This document shows positions 7,585 through 17,693 of a stretch of DNA of 39,977 nt, piece by piece. The DNA comes from Candidatus Woesearchaeota archaeon (GTDB lineage: Archaea; Nanobdellota; Nanobdellia; Pacearchaeales; GW2011-AR1). The stretch's first letter is position 1, and every line of letters starts with the position of its first letter. Under the pieces are notes generated by a model that saw nothing but the letters and a program-made list of their open reading frames with translations, was not told the origin of the DNA and did no database searches. Location: positions 1 through 39,977 of the forward strand of contig CAZKUJ010000002.1 of NCBI GenBank assembly GCA_964555925.1, read 5' to 3'. The position numbers and the translations under genes are program-made.

Positions 7585-8274
7585 TTATTGTCCAATTAAG
7601 GTTCCTTTAAATTCCTTTTTTCTGAAAACATTTTCCATTTGTTTGAGGTCTTTTCCTAGAATATAGGTGTTAATTTTATTTTTCATTATTATTTCTGCAG
7701 CTGTTTGATCTAAAACAAAATGCTGTCCTGGTTCGTATTTACTTTCATTTGCCAGCTCATGGAATTTTTTCCAGCTTATTTTTGGAATAAATTTCGCATC
7801 TTTATATTCTTTCGGATTTTTATTATATAGTCCAGAAACATCGGTCAGATTTATAAAATCTGTTTTGAAAATTCTCGCTAATTCTGCTGCGGTTGAATCA
7901 GACGTCTGTTCTGGCTTATATTCCAGAGCCCCGCAAAAAACAACATCATTTTTTTTCAAATATTTCTTAACAGTTTTCTTTGTATGTGGAATTCCATGCC
8001 CTGGATCTTTATTAAAGAAATAAGTCATAAATCGAGCATTCATTCTTGTTGCAGAGATGCCTGCAAAGCTTTGAAGTTTTTCACTTAATTTTTCTTTTTT
8101 TAGTGCATAAATATATTTTCTTGCGATGTTTCCTCCCCCACATACAACTATAAATTTATGACTTTTTGTGTTTCTTAAAAGAACTTTTTTGAATTCTTTT
8201 AAAAATTTAAAATCAATTTCACCAGGAATTATTAGACTTCCCCCAAGACTTAAGACAAGAACCACCTTTTTCAT
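7585..8274 (-). CDS. pyrH: UMP kinase (archaeal amino-acid-kinase fold)
   Basis: 229 aa with N-terminal LSLGGSLI and VVCGGGNIARKYI motifs. Length and layout are typical of archaeal PyrH. Confidence 0.7.
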   Translation of the reverse strand: MKKVVLVLSLGGSLIIPGEIDFKFLKEFKKVLLRNTKSHKFIVVCGGGNIARKYIYALKKEKLSEKLQSFAGISATRMNARFMTYFFNKDPGHGIPHTKKTVKKYLKKNDVVFCGALEYKPEQTSDSTAAELARIFKTDFINLTDVSGLYNKNPKEYKDAKFIPKISWKKFHELANESKYEPGQHFVLDQTAAEIIMKNKINTYILGKDLKQMENVFRKKEFKGTLIGQ

Positions 8275-8337
8275 GTTTAAGAGAAGACTAATGTATTTTT
8301 ATTTGTTTCGAATTGTTTTATTCCTAATTTTAGAATT

Positions 8338-8625
8338 TTATCGAACTGTAAAGAATCTGTCATCATTTACATTAAAAATTCCTAACCTTACTCCACAATC
8401 AAGCCAGCCATGCGTGTAATTTAAGGCAGCAAAAGCATCAACCAAATTCTTGTTTTTCTCAAAATATTCTGAATCTGAAAGGTAATTAGAGACCATTTCA
8501 ATAATCTCAACAGCCTCTTTTTCCTTTCCTTTTACTATTGATTTTTTTGCAATTTTTAATGCCCTGGTTGTTATGTCCCGATATTTTTTGATTTTTTCAG
8601 GAGTGATTTTATCTTGATTTTCCAT
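8338..8625 (-). CDS. DUF357-family protein
   Basis: 95 aa. The C-terminal AFAALNYTHGWLDCGVRLGIF matches the conserved DUF357 signature as I recall it. Confidence 0.6.
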   Translation of the reverse strand: MENQDKITPEKIKKYRDITTRALKIAKKSIVKGKEKEAVEIIEMVSNYLSDSEYFEKNKNLVDAFAALNYTHGWLDCGVRLGIFNVNDDRFFTVR

Positions 8626-8731
8626 ATATTTTCTTAGAAATTCTTGTTTTTAAATTGATTGAAATATCAGACAAAAATGAGAAATGTTTAAATATAATTG
8701 ATTTTTTTATTTTTTATAAAATCTTTTAAAA

Positions 8732-9511
8732 ATGGGAAAAATATTCTTTGTTTTTGTAGCGCTATTCTTTTTAGTTGTAGTAAGCTTGCTTGTTTTTGCC
8801 CAAATCGGAAGTGCGGAAGTTGATACCCCTGAATTAAATGATTCTGAAAGTGAGTCTTCTTTAGAAGGAATTCCTAATTCTATCTATCAATATGTCCTAG
8901 ATGTTGCAGAAAAAAAAGGTATTCTTCCTACAGATGTTTCTTTGGTTAAGAAGGTTGATTTTGAGTCTCTCCCTAAAGATATTGATATTAGAAATGTTGG
9001 TGACACTAACCTTGCCATTTATGAAATTTCTTATGACGATGGAGGAATTGAAGACCAAATTTATGTTATAACCTACTCTGTAGAAGAACTCGAAACTCAA
9101 AGCGACATAATCATCGGTCAGGACAAGAGGCAATTTTTAAACTTTGGATTTGCTGGAAAAATGTCTAATTCTGGATTTTTGAAAACAGCCACAAACGTAG
9201 AAACAAGTTTAGAAAAGGGGTATGTTATGACAAGGCCAGGGAGTATTACTGCTGTTTCGACAAATCTTGAAGTATTAAAAGCAGCAGAAGGAAGCTACAT
9301 TGAAGTAATTGTTTATGTTAATGGAGAGAGATTTAGATTTGGCAATTTGATTAGTGCCGAAAGCAGTGGAATAAAAAAAGATTATGATGTCCAGTCTAAG
9401 GGAATTGTTAATTTTAATGCAGGAGATGTGATTTCTGTTAAATTAGTAGGAGAAGGAGACACCTCCTGGGGCGATATTATAACTCTTGTCGAGATTACAA
9501 CAACAAATTGA
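8732..9511 (+). CDS. Secreted/surface hypothetical protein
   Basis: 259 aa with an N-terminal signal/anchor (FFVFVALFFLVVVSLLVFAQIGSA) and a beta-rich C-terminal domain. Confidence 0.6.
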   Translation: MGKIFFVFVALFFLVVVSLLVFAQIGSAEVDTPELNDSESESSLEGIPNSIYQYVLDVAEKKGILPTDVSLVKKVDFESLPKDIDIRNVGDTNLAIYEISYDDGGIEDQIYVITYSVEELETQSDIIIGQDKRQFLNFGFAGKMSNSGFLKTATNVETSLEKGYVMTRPGSITAVSTNLEVLKAAEGSYIEVIVYVNGERFRFGNLISAESSGIKKDYDVQSKGIVNFNAGDVISVKLVGEGDTSWGDIITLVEITTTN

Positions 9512-9614
9512 TTTTTTATCCTACTTTTTTGGATGTAGGTTAAAATAAATAAAAATAAATCATAGATATTTTATCAACGAAAAGTTTTTAAATAAAGGAT
9601 ATCTGACTTTCTCA

Positions 9615-9908
9615 ATGAGAGATAAAACAAAAATTCTGATGGGAATTTTAATTGCAATTATTGTTGTTCTTGCTGCTATTGTTGTATATGCTTTTTTGAT
9701 ACAACCAGGAATAACAGGATATGCTGCGCAAAAACAGCAAGAAGGTATTGATTTTGCTATAATGAATATTGCTCAGATGGCAGCACAGTGTCAACCGGTT
9801 CCATTGACAGTCGGAGAAGACACTATAACCCTTTTTGCAGCAGAGTGCTTTCCAGATATATTCGGAACACCCCAGCAAACTTCACAGCAATCTAGTGAAT
9901 TAGAATAA
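9615..9908 (+). CDS. Small membrane-anchored protein
   Basis: 97 aa with a single N-terminal TM helix (ILMGILIAIIVVLAAIVVYAFLI). Confidence 0.5.
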   Translation: MRDKTKILMGILIAIIVVLAAIVVYAFLIQPGITGYAAQKQQEGIDFAIMNIAQMAAQCQPVPLTVGEDTITLFAAECFPDIFGTPQQTSQQSSELE

Positions 9909-10029
9909 ATAAGAAGTTGTTTCTTCTTGTACTTTATTTTTTGTTTTTATAAAGAAATTTTAATTTGTTACTCTTAGCCTTAACGAAAAAATAGATTAAT
10001 TTTATAAAGTAGGAATTATTCTTTTTGAT

Positions 10030-11121
10030 ATGGTTAAAAAGGGTGGAATTGGTGGTTTTACTTTACAAAATTTTGGTCTTTTTAGAAATAAAAAAGCACT
10101 TTCAGACATTGTCGCTTCTTTAATAATTATTCTTTTGGTCATTGTTGCTGCAGGCATTATTTGGGTGGTTGTAAGAAATGTTGTTCAAAGTGGTTCAGAG
10201 CAAATTGAGTTTGGAAAATTTATGTTTGACCTGACAATTAAAAATGCGTTTATTGATGGACAAGAAGTTAAAGTTGATGTTCGAAGAAGCCCTGGCGGAG
10301 GAGATTTAATCGGAATTAAATTTATTTTTTTGGATGATTCTGGGAGCAGCCATATCGTTGAAAGAGATATTGCTTTAGAACAACTAGAACAAAGAAGATT
10401 TGTTTTTACTTCTGAAGAAGTAGGAGGAATTAGCATAGTCCAAATTGTTTCTATAGCTCCTGTTTATGAATCTAGTGGAAAAGAAGTTGCAGGAGATATA
10501 ACTGATACTGCTGCAATACGAGAATCACCTCCTCCTGAAGGAGGGAATGGTGAAGAGCCGCCACTAGGACCAACATGTACAATAGACGATGATTGTCTTG
10601 TAGGCTGGGAGTGTATAGATAATGAGTGTGTGGTGATTTACATTCCAGATGTGTGTGATGAAGAGAACCTCTGCCCTAGTGGTTATGAGTGTATAGGTAG
10701 CGAATGTGTATGTACAGCCACCTGTGATACTTTTGGCTATCAGTGTGGAACCGTAACTATTTGTGGGGAGAGTGTAAGTTGTGGAGAATGTGGATTTGGA
10801 GAATTTTGCAGCGCAAATATGTGTGTTGAGGATAATATAATTAACTCAGGAGTTGTACAGGCCGTATTTACCATTAACGAGCCATTCCAGTTTTCAAGTG
10901 CAGATCTTCCTTATGTTTATGAAAGCCCCCCTGATTCTAATATGCAGGGCAGGTATGTTAATTTTACTGGTTTAGAAGTCTGTGTACGAATAGATTTCCA
11001 TTATAGAATTGTTAGTGATGAGTATATTATAGATTATGTCAGGTTAGAGAATGTTACAGTGGGTCTAACACCAGAATTGGGTTATTCTATTTGGAATAAT
11101 ACACAGTGCGGTTATGATTAG
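10030..11121 (+). CDS. Archaeal type IV pilin-like protein (class III signal peptide) with Cys-rich repeats
   Basis: The N-terminus RNKKA|LSDIVASLIIILLVIVAAGIIWVVV resembles an archaeal prepilin signal. It is followed by a GIKFIF module, then three Cys-rich units (CTIDDDCLVGWECIDNECV, CDEENLCPSGYECIGSECV, CDTFGYQCG..CGECGFGEFCSANMCV). Confidence 0.6.
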   Translation: MVKKGGIGGFTLQNFGLFRNKKALSDIVASLIIILLVIVAAGIIWVVVRNVVQSGSEQIEFGKFMFDLTIKNAFIDGQEVKVDVRRSPGGGDLIGIKFIFLDDSGSSHIVERDIALEQLEQRRFVFTSEEVGGISIVQIVSIAPVYESSGKEVAGDITDTAAIRESPPPEGGNGEEPPLGPTCTIDDDCLVGWECIDNECVVIYIPDVCDEENLCPSGYECIGSECVCTATCDTFGYQCGTVTICGESVSCGECGFGEFCSANMCVEDNIINSGVVQAVFTINEPFQFSSADLPYVYESPPDSNMQGRYVNFTGLEVCVRIDFHYRIVSDEYIIDYVRLENVTVGLTPELGYSIWNNTQCGYD

Positions 11122-11318
11122 GTTAGTTCTGATTTATCTTGAATAATCAAATAACCAATATTCAGGGTTTTATTATTTAATAAGAATAGCAGTATTATAA
11201 GAGATATAATAAGAACAGCTGGTTATCATGATTCTTATAAAACAAAAAATCCTTAACTTCTTAAGAAACCTTTAAATATATTCAAGTTTTTTTCTTTTTT
11301 GGTATTACCCTACAAAAA

Positions 11319-12602
11319 ATGGCTTACGAAAAATACATAAAAAGAGGCGGAAAGCTTTATGGTCCGTACATTTATCACAGCAGAAGAGTTGACGGAAAAG
11401 TTGTTTCTGAATATCATGGACAGGTAAAGAAAGATTATAGAAAATTCATTTTTATTACTTTGGGAGTTTTATTTCTTATAGGAATAGCATATTTTTTTAG
11501 CTCTTTTCAAAAAGGACTAACAGGCCACTCTGTTCTAAATCTTGATGCTGATTATACAGAAGGAGAAATTCTTTCGGGAAAAATAAAGATATCTCTTCAG
11601 AGCGGAGAACTTCTTCCAGCTAACTCTAAAATTGTTTTTGATAATAATAACAAAAGTTTTGAATATGCTTTAAATGAGGTTGTTTCAGAAACCCCAATTC
11701 AGGGAGAGTTTTATATTGAGGGCTCTTCTCTTTCTGGAGAAGGAGAAGGTTATGGAATTCCTGGAGAAAAAACTATTTATCCTTTTGTGGATTTTATTTT
11801 GCTTATAGAATCTGAAATAGAAGGACAAACAGGCACAGTCTCTGTGGCTGAAATTCCAGGAAAAGTTTCTGCTGAAGAACCCTTTGTGTATACTCTTGGA
11901 GAAAACGAGATAAATGCTGAATTAAAACCATCTCCGACAAATGAAAAAATGCTCGAATTAACTATAAATGAAAAAGAGGTTATTGTGACTACATCTTATT
12001 CTGAAACCAAAGAAGGATTTGGAGAAGATTATATAGGCGACAAGTATAAAGAAATAATAATTGAGATTTCTGAGCTGCGATTAATTTTTGAACTAGGTAG
12101 CCTTAAACTAAGTATTTTAGATTCTGAAAATAAAGAAGAACTCATTTCTTTGACTACTGTGCTTGGAGAAGAGCAAATTCCTACAGAGATTCCTAAAGAA
12201 ACAGGAGAAACTTCTTCTTTACCAGATACTTCTGAAGTTCCAGAGCCAATTCCTTCAGAAAATCAAGCAACAAACGAAACAGGAAGAATTGTAATTATTC
12301 CTTCTTTGACTTTGGATTTAACAACAGAAGAAAGAAGCATTCTTATTAAAGAGTTTGGAGAAAATATTTCAGTGAAAGTTACAGAAGCTATAGAAAAAAC
12401 AGGATGGATAACAATTAGGCATGAGATTGGAAATTACTGGATTGAAAACTCTTATGTTTCTAATTTAAACAGGGAAATCCTTAATTCTTTTGTTGAGCGA
12501 GATAGAATTAAGTGGTTAAAGGATATTGCTTTGAGTTTATCTCAGAATGAGAATTCTGAAAAAAATCTCGATGAATTTTTAGGTGAACACGCGATTGATT
12601 GA
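11319..12602 (+). CDS. Membrane-anchored extracellular hypothetical protein
   Basis: 427 aa. The N-terminal basic motif KRGGKLYGPYIYHSRRVDGKVVSEYHG is followed by one TM helix and then a large acidic ectodomain. Confidence 0.55.
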   Translation: MAYEKYIKRGGKLYGPYIYHSRRVDGKVVSEYHGQVKKDYRKFIFITLGVLFLIGIAYFFSSFQKGLTGHSVLNLDADYTEGEILSGKIKISLQSGELLPANSKIVFDNNNKSFEYALNEVVSETPIQGEFYIEGSSLSGEGEGYGIPGEKTIYPFVDFILLIESEIEGQTGTVSVAEIPGKVSAEEPFVYTLGENEINAELKPSPTNEKMLELTINEKEVIVTTSYSETKEGFGEDYIGDKYKEIIIEISELRLIFELGSLKLSILDSENKEELISLTTVLGEEQIPTEIPKETGETSSLPDTSEVPEPIPSENQATNETGRIVIIPSLTLDLTTEERSILIKEFGENISVKVTEAIEKTGWITIRHEIGNYWIENSYVSNLNREILNSFVERDRIKWLKDIALSLSQNENSEKNLDEFLGEHAID

Positions 12603-12613
12603 TTAAGTTATTT

Positions 12614-13387
12614 TTATCTTCTATACGGAGCAGGCGCGCGTTGGTCTGAAAGTTTTTGAATTATAAACTTAGAACCAATACTATCTATATTTGAAACAAT
12701 TGCAGAAAGTACCAGCCTTCCAATAGCAACTCTAAAGAATCCTTCATGGATTGGAATTCTTGCGAAATGTGAAAATCTATTTATTATTTCATCTGCTTCT
12801 TCTTTAGTAAGAACTATTGATGTGGGTTTTCTTCCCATTCCGCCAGTAACAATTATTTTCTCATTTGCACTAGAATATTCTATTGTTTTTACTAGCGGAT
12901 CTTTTATAAGCGGGTTAAGTTTTCCTAAATCAATTTCTTTGTCTGTTGGTATTGGCCTTAAGTGTTGAACAGTTTCTGGAAGATATGGTTCTGGAATTTT
13001 TAATGGAGCAATTGAAAATCTAGGTGGTGGAATAGATCTTATTGGTTTTGCAATTATTGGCCTTCTAATTGCTGATCTTGTAATTTGGCGCAGAGGTGTT
13101 TGAGGTATTTTTTTTATTGTTTTGAACTTAGGCAAAAACAGATTCTCTTCTTTTTTTAATTGAAAAACTCTTTCTTTTTCATGCATAAGCTTTTCTTTAA
13201 CTATATCTTTTATTTCTTTTTTTTGAATTATTGGGGGTTCTTGTCTTATCTCTAATTTTTTTTGAAGAATCCTTTTTACTTCATTTTTTATTAACTCTTC
13301 TTTGTATTTTCCAGTGCTCTTTATCAATTCTTTAGTAAATTCAAAAATAAAAATTTCTTTGAGATTCTCTGACATTTGCTTAAGCAT
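12614..13387 (-). CDS. Protein with FlaI/VirB11 (T2SSE) N-terminal-like domain, no ATPase core
   Basis: The C-terminal 100 aa (LNPLIKDPLVKTIEYSSANEKIIVTGGMGRKPTSIVLTKEEADEIINRFSHFARIPIHEGFFRVAIGRLVLSAIVS..GSKFIIQK) resemble the N-domain of archaeal secretion/pilus ATPases. No Walker motifs are present. Confidence 0.4.
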   Translation of the reverse strand: MLKQMSENLKEIFIFEFTKELIKSTGKYKEELIKNEVKRILQKKLEIRQEPPIIQKKEIKDIVKEKLMHEKERVFQLKKEENLFLPKFKTIKKIPQTPLRQITRSAIRRPIIAKPIRSIPPPRFSIAPLKIPEPYLPETVQHLRPIPTDKEIDLGKLNPLIKDPLVKTIEYSSANEKIIVTGGMGRKPTSIVLTKEEADEIINRFSHFARIPIHEGFFRVAIGRLVLSAIVSNIDSIGSKFIIQKLSDQRAPAPYRR

Positions 13388-13393
13388 TTTGTT

Positions 13394-14029
13394 TTATTGC
13401 TCTGTTTTTGTATTTTTAGAAACAGAGTTTTCTTCAGAAGACTCTATACGCATTAATCCAGATTTAGAATTATCAAGAACTTGTGATTTTTGATATCCTG
13501 GAATTCCTTGAACAGGTTTTTCTATTCTGGGCTGAAATTGTTTTGAAATCATTGAGGGCATCATTGCATTAGGACCTATTGGTTTTCTCAAAAATTCAGG
13601 CGAAATAGATTTTGTCATTTCCATAGGGGGTGCTTCTTCTGGACTTCTTGCATAGCTCTTTCCACCCAACTCAGAACTCACTTCGTGTATGAGTACTAGC
13701 CCTTTTCCAATTAATCCTGCTTGCTGCGAAATTTTATCAAGCCTTCCCATAATTTCTTTTGTATCCTTCCTTTCACCCCCTAATTCAAAATCTTTTTGGG
13801 CAAGAGATTTTGCGGCGATTTCAAATAATTCAAGAAGTTTTGATATTTGATTAGATAAGGAATCAAATTTTGTGGCGAGATTTACCATTACTTTTTGAAG
13901 TGCTATAAAATTATTTGTTAATGCCCTATCTATATTTCTTTCAGCAGATGTTCTTTTTCTTACAGGTGCCTTAGATTTTCCTCTTTTTGCCTTTGCTCCC
14001 CCTCTCTTTTTTTTAGCACGTCTGGCCAT
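13394..14029 (-). CDS. Hypothetical protein with highly basic N-terminus
   Basis: 211 aa starting MARRAKKKRGGAKAKRGKSKAPVRKR, followed by a coiled-coil-like segment. It lies 6 nt from the downstream gene on the same strand. Confidence 0.5.
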   Translation of the reverse strand: MARRAKKKRGGAKAKRGKSKAPVRKRTSAERNIDRALTNNFIALQKVMVNLATKFDSLSNQISKLLELFEIAAKSLAQKDFELGGERKDTKEIMGRLDKISQQAGLIGKGLVLIHEVSSELGGKSYARSPEEAPPMEMTKSISPEFLRKPIGPNAMMPSMISKQFQPRIEKPVQGIPGYQKSQVLDNSKSGLMRIESSEENSVSKNTKTEQ

Positions 14030-14095
14030 GAATATTAATGGAGTTTTTTATTTATAAATATTTAGAATTCTATCAAATTCTATTAAAAAGCGATT

Positions 14096-16648
14096 TTAGA
14101 AAATATCCAGAACTTCTTCCTTAAATTCCTCTTCTTTTTCTTCAGATTCTAATTCTGAATTTTTTTCAACTTCTTCTATTTCTTCTGTTAACTCTGCTTC
14201 TTCTGATTTTATTTTTGGAGTAAATTCTGTTTCTTCTTCTGGATGTGTGCTATAAGGAATTTTTTCTTCTGTATTTTTTATTTCTTCTTCATCTAGAACA
14301 TTTTGCGGTTCTATAAAATCTTTTTCTTCTTCTTTTGGAGATACAGTCGAGCCTTCTAGTTTTGAAACATATTCTGCGATTTCAGATGCAATGTCAGCAT
14401 TTACACTTATGCTGTCAATTCCTTGTTCAACAAGAAATTTAACCATTTCTTTTTCACTTCCTGCCTGACCACAAATACTGGTTTCAACATTGTGTTTTTT
14501 GCAAATTTCTATTACAGATTTTATTTGATGGAGAATGGCTGGGTGCAGTTCATTATAGATATTTTGAACCTGCCCGTTTCCCCTATCAACAGCAAGAGTG
14601 TATTGGGTTAAATCATTTGTTCCAAAAGAAATGAAATTGATGTTTTCTTTGCATAATTCTTCTATTATCTGAACAGAAGCAGGTGTTTCAATCATAATCC
14701 CAAGTTCTGCTTTTTCAAAACCAATTTCTTTAATAAATTCTTTTAATTTTCTTATTTCTTCAACTGAGATAACCTGGGGAGTAAGAATTCCTATTTTTTT
14801 ACCTTTTTCAGCAACCCTCTTCATGGCTTTTAATTCTGCTTTAAGAATCTCTGGATATTTTAGACTATATCTTATTCCGTGCATTCCAAGCATAGGATTT
14901 GCTTCAACTTCTTTAGGGGCACCTTCAAGTTCTTTAAATTCATCACTCCTTATATCAGAAGTTCTTATCCAAATTTCTTCAAAAGATTTTGCTATCTCAT
15001 CTATTCCATTAAAAATTAAATTCTCGTATTCTTCAATATGGCTTGTTTGAAGAAAATATTGCGGATGCTTTCCTGATTCTGCAATTGTTCCTTCTAACCT
15101 TGCTAAACCAACACTTTTTAATTTTGTTTTTTCTGCACGTTTTGCAAAACTTGGGAGATCAATAATTACTTTTATCTTTGTTTTAGTTTCAATCGTTACA
15201 GGTTTGATTTCTTTTTGAATATTTTCTGAAACTTTTCCTTTGTATATTTTTCCTGTAAATCCATTAACAGTTATTATTTCGCCTTCTTTTAATTTTGATG
15301 TTGCTTCCTGTGTTCCCACAATAGCAGGAATTCCCATTTCTCTAGAGACAATTGATGCGTGAGCTGTTAAACCACCTTCGTCTGTGACTATTGCCGCACA
15401 CTTTTGCATTGTTACAACCATGTCGGGATTTGTCATTTTTGTGACAAGAACATCTCCTTGTTTGACTTTTTTTAAATCATCTAGCGACCTTACAATTTTT
15501 ATTTTTCCAAAACCAATGCCTGGTGAAGCTGCAAGTCCTGTCAAAATAACTTCTCCTGCTAATTCTTTTCCAGAGTCTATTCCGGCTCTTTTTGCCATTG
15601 TGGTTATAGGTCTTGTTTGAACAATGTAAATATTTTCAGCTTCAATAGCAAATTCAATATCTTGCGGTTTTTTGTAATGCTCTTCAAGTCTCAATGCAAT
15701 TTCAGCGAGCTTTTTTATTTCATAATTATTAAGAACTTGTTGTTTTGATTTTTCTTCTCTAAGTTTTACAATTTCTTGATTTCCTCCAGAATCCCTGGTT
15801 ATCGCAATTTTTTTTGGATTTATATTCTTTTTTTCTAATTTTAATTCTGGAGAGAGAATGTATATGTCTGGAGTTATTTTTCCTGAAACAATTCCTTCCC
15901 CAAGACCCCAAACAGCTTCTATTATTACATTATCTTTTTCTGATGACGGATCTTTTGAAAAAATGACACCTGATTTGTCTGCATCAATCATTTTCTGGAC
16001 AATGACTGCCAAACTTGATTGCTCGTGTTTGAATCCTTTTTTATTCCTATAATAAGTTGCTCTTGAAGTGAAAAGCGAAGCAAAACATTTCTTAATGCTT
16101 TCTAAAAGCGAATGCTCTCCTTTTATGTTGAGATATGTGTCTTGTTGGCCTGCAAAACTTGCTTCTGCTAAATCCTCTGTTGTTGCACTGCTCCTTACAG
16201 CAACAAAAGTTGCTTCAGGTGTTTTTTTAAGAAGCTCGTATGCAGATTTTTCCCTTAAATTAAATTCTTCTGCTCCGAGATTTTCATAAGCTTCTAGAAT
16301 TTCTTCTTCCATAATTTTTGGAAAAGTTGCTTTTTCTATTAGCAGTCTAATTTCTTTTGTTATTTTTTCTAATTGCTCTGTATCTTCATACTCTATTTTT
16401 TGAAGAAGCTCTTTTATTTTTTCATTCAAATTTGCTTCTTTTATAAAATAATCATATGCTTGCGCTGTTACTACAAAACCCGGCGGGACAGGAATTCTAA
16501 GGTTATACATTTCTGATAGATTTGCTCCTTTGCCCCCAGCAATATTTCCTGAATTTTTATTCATTTCAGAAAACCATTTTATAATTTCTAACTTAGAATT
16601 ATTTTTGAAATTTTTTACATCGCTTCCTCCTCTTTTTTTCTCTTCCAT
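14096..16648 (-). CDS. ppsA: Phosphoenolpyruvate synthase (pyruvate, water dikinase) with acidic C-terminal extension
   Basis: 850 aa with an ATP-grasp N-domain, a phospho-His swivel motif (GGLTAHASIVSREMGIPAIVG) and a C-terminal PEP-utilising TIM barrel. The last 90 aa or so are an E/K-rich low-complexity tail. Confidence 0.9.
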   Translation of the reverse strand: MEEKKRGGSDVKNFKNNSKLEIIKWFSEMNKNSGNIAGGKGANLSEMYNLRIPVPPGFVVTAQAYDYFIKEANLNEKIKELLQKIEYEDTEQLEKITKEIRLLIEKATFPKIMEEEILEAYENLGAEEFNLREKSAYELLKKTPEATFVAVRSSATTEDLAEASFAGQQDTYLNIKGEHSLLESIKKCFASLFTSRATYYRNKKGFKHEQSSLAVIVQKMIDADKSGVIFSKDPSSEKDNVIIEAVWGLGEGIVSGKITPDIYILSPELKLEKKNINPKKIAITRDSGGNQEIVKLREEKSKQQVLNNYEIKKLAEIALRLEEHYKKPQDIEFAIEAENIYIVQTRPITTMAKRAGIDSGKELAGEVILTGLAASPGIGFGKIKIVRSLDDLKKVKQGDVLVTKMTNPDMVVTMQKCAAIVTDEGGLTAHASIVSREMGIPAIVGTQEATSKLKEGEIITVNGFTGKIYKGKVSENIQKEIKPVTIETKTKIKVIIDLPSFAKRAEKTKLKSVGLARLEGTIAESGKHPQYFLQTSHIEEYENLIFNGIDEIAKSFEEIWIRTSDIRSDEFKELEGAPKEVEANPMLGMHGIRYSLKYPEILKAELKAMKRVAEKGKKIGILTPQVISVEEIRKLKEFIKEIGFEKAELGIMIETPASVQIIEELCKENINFISFGTNDLTQYTLAVDRGNGQVQNIYNELHPAILHQIKSVIEICKKHNVETSICGQAGSEKEMVKFLVEQGIDSISVNADIASEIAEYVSKLEGSTVSPKEEEKDFIEPQNVLDEEEIKNTEEKIPYSTHPEEETEFTPKIKSEEAELTEEIEEVEKNSELESEEKEEEFKEEVLDIF

Positions 16649-16695
16649 TAACTGAAAAAACTAAATTAGTTAATAAAGGTTTTTGTTAAGTTACG

Positions 16696-17688
16696 TTGTT
16701 GGATCGTATTGTTAAGTTTTATAAATCTCTTTTTCATATATCTAAAATGGGATTTGCTAGGGGTGGTTTATTGGTCGTGGTATGTGCGATTCTTTTTATA
16801 ACAGTTCTTTTAGGGAGTGTTTTTTTGACATTATCCTATTCTTTGGAATATGAAAAAGTTCAAGAGCAAATTGTTCCTATTGTAAAAAATCTTAGTGAAA
16901 GCAAATTCAATTTTCTTGAAGAAAGCTTTGATTTGATACCAGAAATGGAGAGGGCTAAGGATTTTATGTTAGAGCATTGCAAAAATAACGCCTTAGAAGA
17001 TGCAATTCTCAATGCATCTTATGCCTTTTTTGCAGGGGGCTATACTTTTTCATTGCCCTGTGAAATTCTAGATAATCTTGAAGGAAATGCAAATGCATTA
17101 ATTGACGAAGGAATAAATAATATCGTCTATTCTATTTATTATGATGAATATGACTGTGGTTTTTGGGACTGTTTAAAGAAAACCAAATATCCTTTCTTTT
17201 TAATCTCAGAGAAGGCTAAAAATTACTGGCAGGAGCAATTTTATCATGCTATTATAGTCTTTCTTGTACTTGTTGTTTTGATTTTCTTCTTAGTTGAGCA
17301 AAAACAAAACATGATGATTATTGTTGGTTCAATTATGGTGGCTTCTTCTTTTATTCTGCTTAAACTTGAAGGTTTTTTAGCATCTAGCATAAAATATCCT
17401 TATGCACTTTTTATCAATTTGTTCTTTAATAGTGCATATCCTGTCTTTTGGAGAATATTTGTTTTAGGATTAATTATTTTTGGAGTTGGAGTTGCTTTAA
17501 GAATTTTGGGAAGAAATTTTATAAAAAATAAATTCTCAAAAAAAGAGCTTGAAGGAATTGTTAAAAACGAATTAAATAAAAGAAAAGAAGAAAAAAGTCT
17601 TGTTGAAGAAAAGAAAAAAGAAGAAAAAACTAGCGACAAGGCAAAAGCTCCTAAAAATACAAAGAAATCTAAAACAAAAAAGAAATAA
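16696..17688 (+). CDS. Polytopic membrane protein with Lys-rich tail
   Basis: 330 aa with several TM helices and a C-terminal KKEEK-rich tail. An alternative start is at 16747 (MGFARGG). Confidence 0.55.
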   Translation: MLDRIVKFYKSLFHISKMGFARGGLLVVVCAILFITVLLGSVFLTLSYSLEYEKVQEQIVPIVKNLSESKFNFLEESFDLIPEMERAKDFMLEHCKNNALEDAILNASYAFFAGGYTFSLPCEILDNLEGNANALIDEGINNIVYSIYYDEYDCGFWDCLKKTKYPFFLISEKAKNYWQEQFYHAIIVFLVLVVLIFFLVEQKQNMMIIVGSIMVASSFILLKLEGFLASSIKYPYALFINLFFNSAYPVFWRIFVLGLIIFGVGVALRILGRNFIKNKFSKKELEGIVKNELNKRKEEKSLVEEKKKEEKTSDKAKAPKNTKKSKTKKK

Positions 17689-17693
17689 AATTT

